Assembly (NCBI GenBank): GCA_049472355.1
Contig: JBLIRP010000017.1
Span: 1 to 49,939 of the forward strand
Direction of reading: 5' to 3'
From: a bacterium
GTDB taxonomy: Bacteria; SZUA-182; DTGQ01; JAFGSM01
Length of the DNA: 49,939 nt
Below are positions 48,444 through 49,939 of this stretch, piece after piece. The first letter of the stretch is position 1. Every line of letters starts with the position of its first letter. Under the pieces are notes generated by a model. The model ran no database searches. It was not told the origin of the DNA and saw only the letters and a list, made by a program, of their open reading frames with translations. A program made the translations under genes and the position numbers.

Positions 48444-49939
48444 AAAAGAAATTGGACACCAGCCTGAAAAAGGGGACCTCCGAGGTCAAGTTCGCTGGAC
48501 CCGAAGTTGTCCACCCGGCTATAGATGACCTCCAGGGTGAAATAGGTATCCACGATACCATAGTCCCTTTCCAGGACTTCCGCATGTTTCGGATCGAAAT
48601 GATCAAGGAGTATCCGTATCCCGCCCAATCCGTGGTACCCGAAGTGCCATCCATCCTGATCCTTGCCCAATGGCTTTTTCTCCTGGTACCACCACGCATC
48701 CACACCGCCGCCCACATAGGGAAGCAGAACCCCCTTCGTGGTGCGAAAAGGGACCCATCGCACGCTCATAAAACAGGGGACCATCCTGAAGGCGACCTCG
48801 TCGATGGACTTCTCTTGCGTGGCGGAAAGGATTGCGGTCCCCTCCATTTTCATGTATCCGGCACCGACACTGACATCGAGGTGCCGCCGATGAATCCATC
48901 CCATCTCGAACTGAAACTGCCATGGCCGATCATCGTACACGAGCTTGGCCTCATCGGATTGCGGCTCGAACCGGCCCACCTTCAGCCAGGCAAACCATTC
49001 CCCCCATGTGCCCGGTTGGTCCCTTTTCTCCGAATCCAGCGAGGAGATGAAGCACCCCCCCTTCTCCTCCACAAGATCCAACCAGCCCTTGGTTACCTGT
49101 GGCATCCCCTCCAGCTCGTTCGACCAATCAGACACATTGTCCGCCTTATCCCGTGCCCTGACTCGGATCATGTATGTCACATAATTGTCCAGGTGATTGA
49201 TGTCCCAGTACAGACTCGGACTCCCCTGGACATCCGCCACCAGAACATCGATGTTCGCATCCTGGGCAGGATCATCCTTCGGCCAATAGTGCAGTTCATA
49301 CCACCCGATGCTCTCCGTGAAATTCGGATCATTCACCCCGTCCGCATCCTGAAGGCTGTCGGTTGAAGGCTGCCAGTATATCCTCAGCCGGGTATCGCCG
49401 ATCCCCACCCATAACCCAGAAGGGGGCGAGGGTGAATTGGGGTCCCAGGCAAAGGTGAGATACCTGACGACATGCTCATTATCCCCATACGTCAATGAGA
49501 ACCTGAGGGTATATACCCCCTCCCGATCCACGATCGCGGGATCGAACTCCCAGGTCGAGATCCCGTCAGGGTCCATCAGGACCGGGCTTACCGGACTGAG
49601 TTGCCTGTTGGGATCCATGGTGGTGAACAGGGAGGCGTCGGGAACATTATTCGGATCACGCCAGTGATTCGGGTCGTCCCAGTTGGGCAGAACACGCATG
49701 CTCATAGATTCCTTGTTCGGACCGATAAACCGGTCCGTCATCGACAAGGAGAGCACATCCACCCGGGGAACATGGCGTGCCGTAATCCGGGCACCGGTAT
49801 GGTGCGCGGTTCCTGCAAAAATGAGATCCTCGTTGGAGGGATTGGAAAAGATACCCCGAAGTCGGTTGTTGGGATCGAATTGTTCGTTGGGATCCGAGGG
49901 GGAGGGCACCGCGATCCATTCGGTTTCCTCGCCCCGATA
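48440..49939 (-). CDS. FN3-containing protein fused to a C-terminal outer-membrane beta-barrel; 5' end outside the window
   Basis: Frame open to the window edge (YRGEETEWIAVPSP...). FN3 (LRIYW...Y.I.VRA.D...N.S.WS), GGCFISS motif, amphipathic strands (LPYVGGG) and terminal GVQFLF. Confidence 0.8.
   Translation of the reverse strand, partial: YRGEETEWIAVPSPSDPNEQFDPNNRLRGIFSNPSNEDLIFAGTAHHTGARITARHVPRVDVLSLSMTDRFIGPNKESMSMRVLPNWDDPNHWRDPNNVPDASLFTTMDPNRQLSPVSPVLMDPDGISTWEFDPAIVDREGVYTLRFSLTYGDNEHVVRYLTFAWDPNSPSPPSGLWVGIGDTRLRIYWQPSTDSLQDADGVNDPNFTESIGWYELHYWPKDDPAQDANIDVLVADVQGSPSLYWDINHLDNYVTYMIRVRARDKADNVSDWSNELEGMPQVTKGWLDLVEEKGGCFISSLDSEKRDQPGTWGEWFAWLKVGRFEPQSDEAKLVYDDRPWQFQFEMGWIHRRHLDVSVGAGYMKMEGTAILSATQEKSIDEVAFRMVPCFMSVRWVPFRTTKGVLLPYVGGGVDAWWYQEKKPLGKDQDGWHFGYHGLGGIRILLDHFDPKHAEVLERDYGIVDTYFTLEVIYSRVDNFGSSELDLGGPLFQAGVQFLF

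Overview
Chromosomal window from a diderm bacterium (KDO genes present; gene order resembles deltaproteobacteria, but the taxon cannot be fixed from this sequence). A conserved housekeeping block on the minus strand (pyrG-kdsA-[FGE-like]-kdsD-kdsC-SPOR, merR-tRNA-Pro-pcm-COG2426-tRNA-Pro-nlpD-like-rpoS-like, rho-rpmE-thyX-prfA-prmC-murA-hisD; also hisS and a partial rlmN) is flanked by two accessory regions. The left region (0.6-15.8 kb) holds two paralogous secreted GGLYG-repeat proteins, an S8 protease with a Gly/Pro/aromatic tail, a small aromatic-rich secreted peptide, a pseudo-receiver/PilZ protein, a sigma54 activator with no sensory domain, and two large surface proteins. Each of its six transcription units is preceded by a correctly oriented sigma54 -24/-12 element. 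The right region (34.9-44.9 kb) holds four more secreted Gly/Tyr-repeat proteins (one with a sigma54 element) bracketing a TMTC-like GT-C glycosyltransferase-TPR protein, a sulfatase-like TPR protein and two ICMT/PEMT-family methyltransferases. The best candidate for an undescribed system is a sigma54/c-di-GMP-controlled programme that exports self-assembling Gly/Tyr-rich structural proteins (coat, sheath or matrix); this function is inference. No CRISPR-Cas, transposase or integrase was seen.
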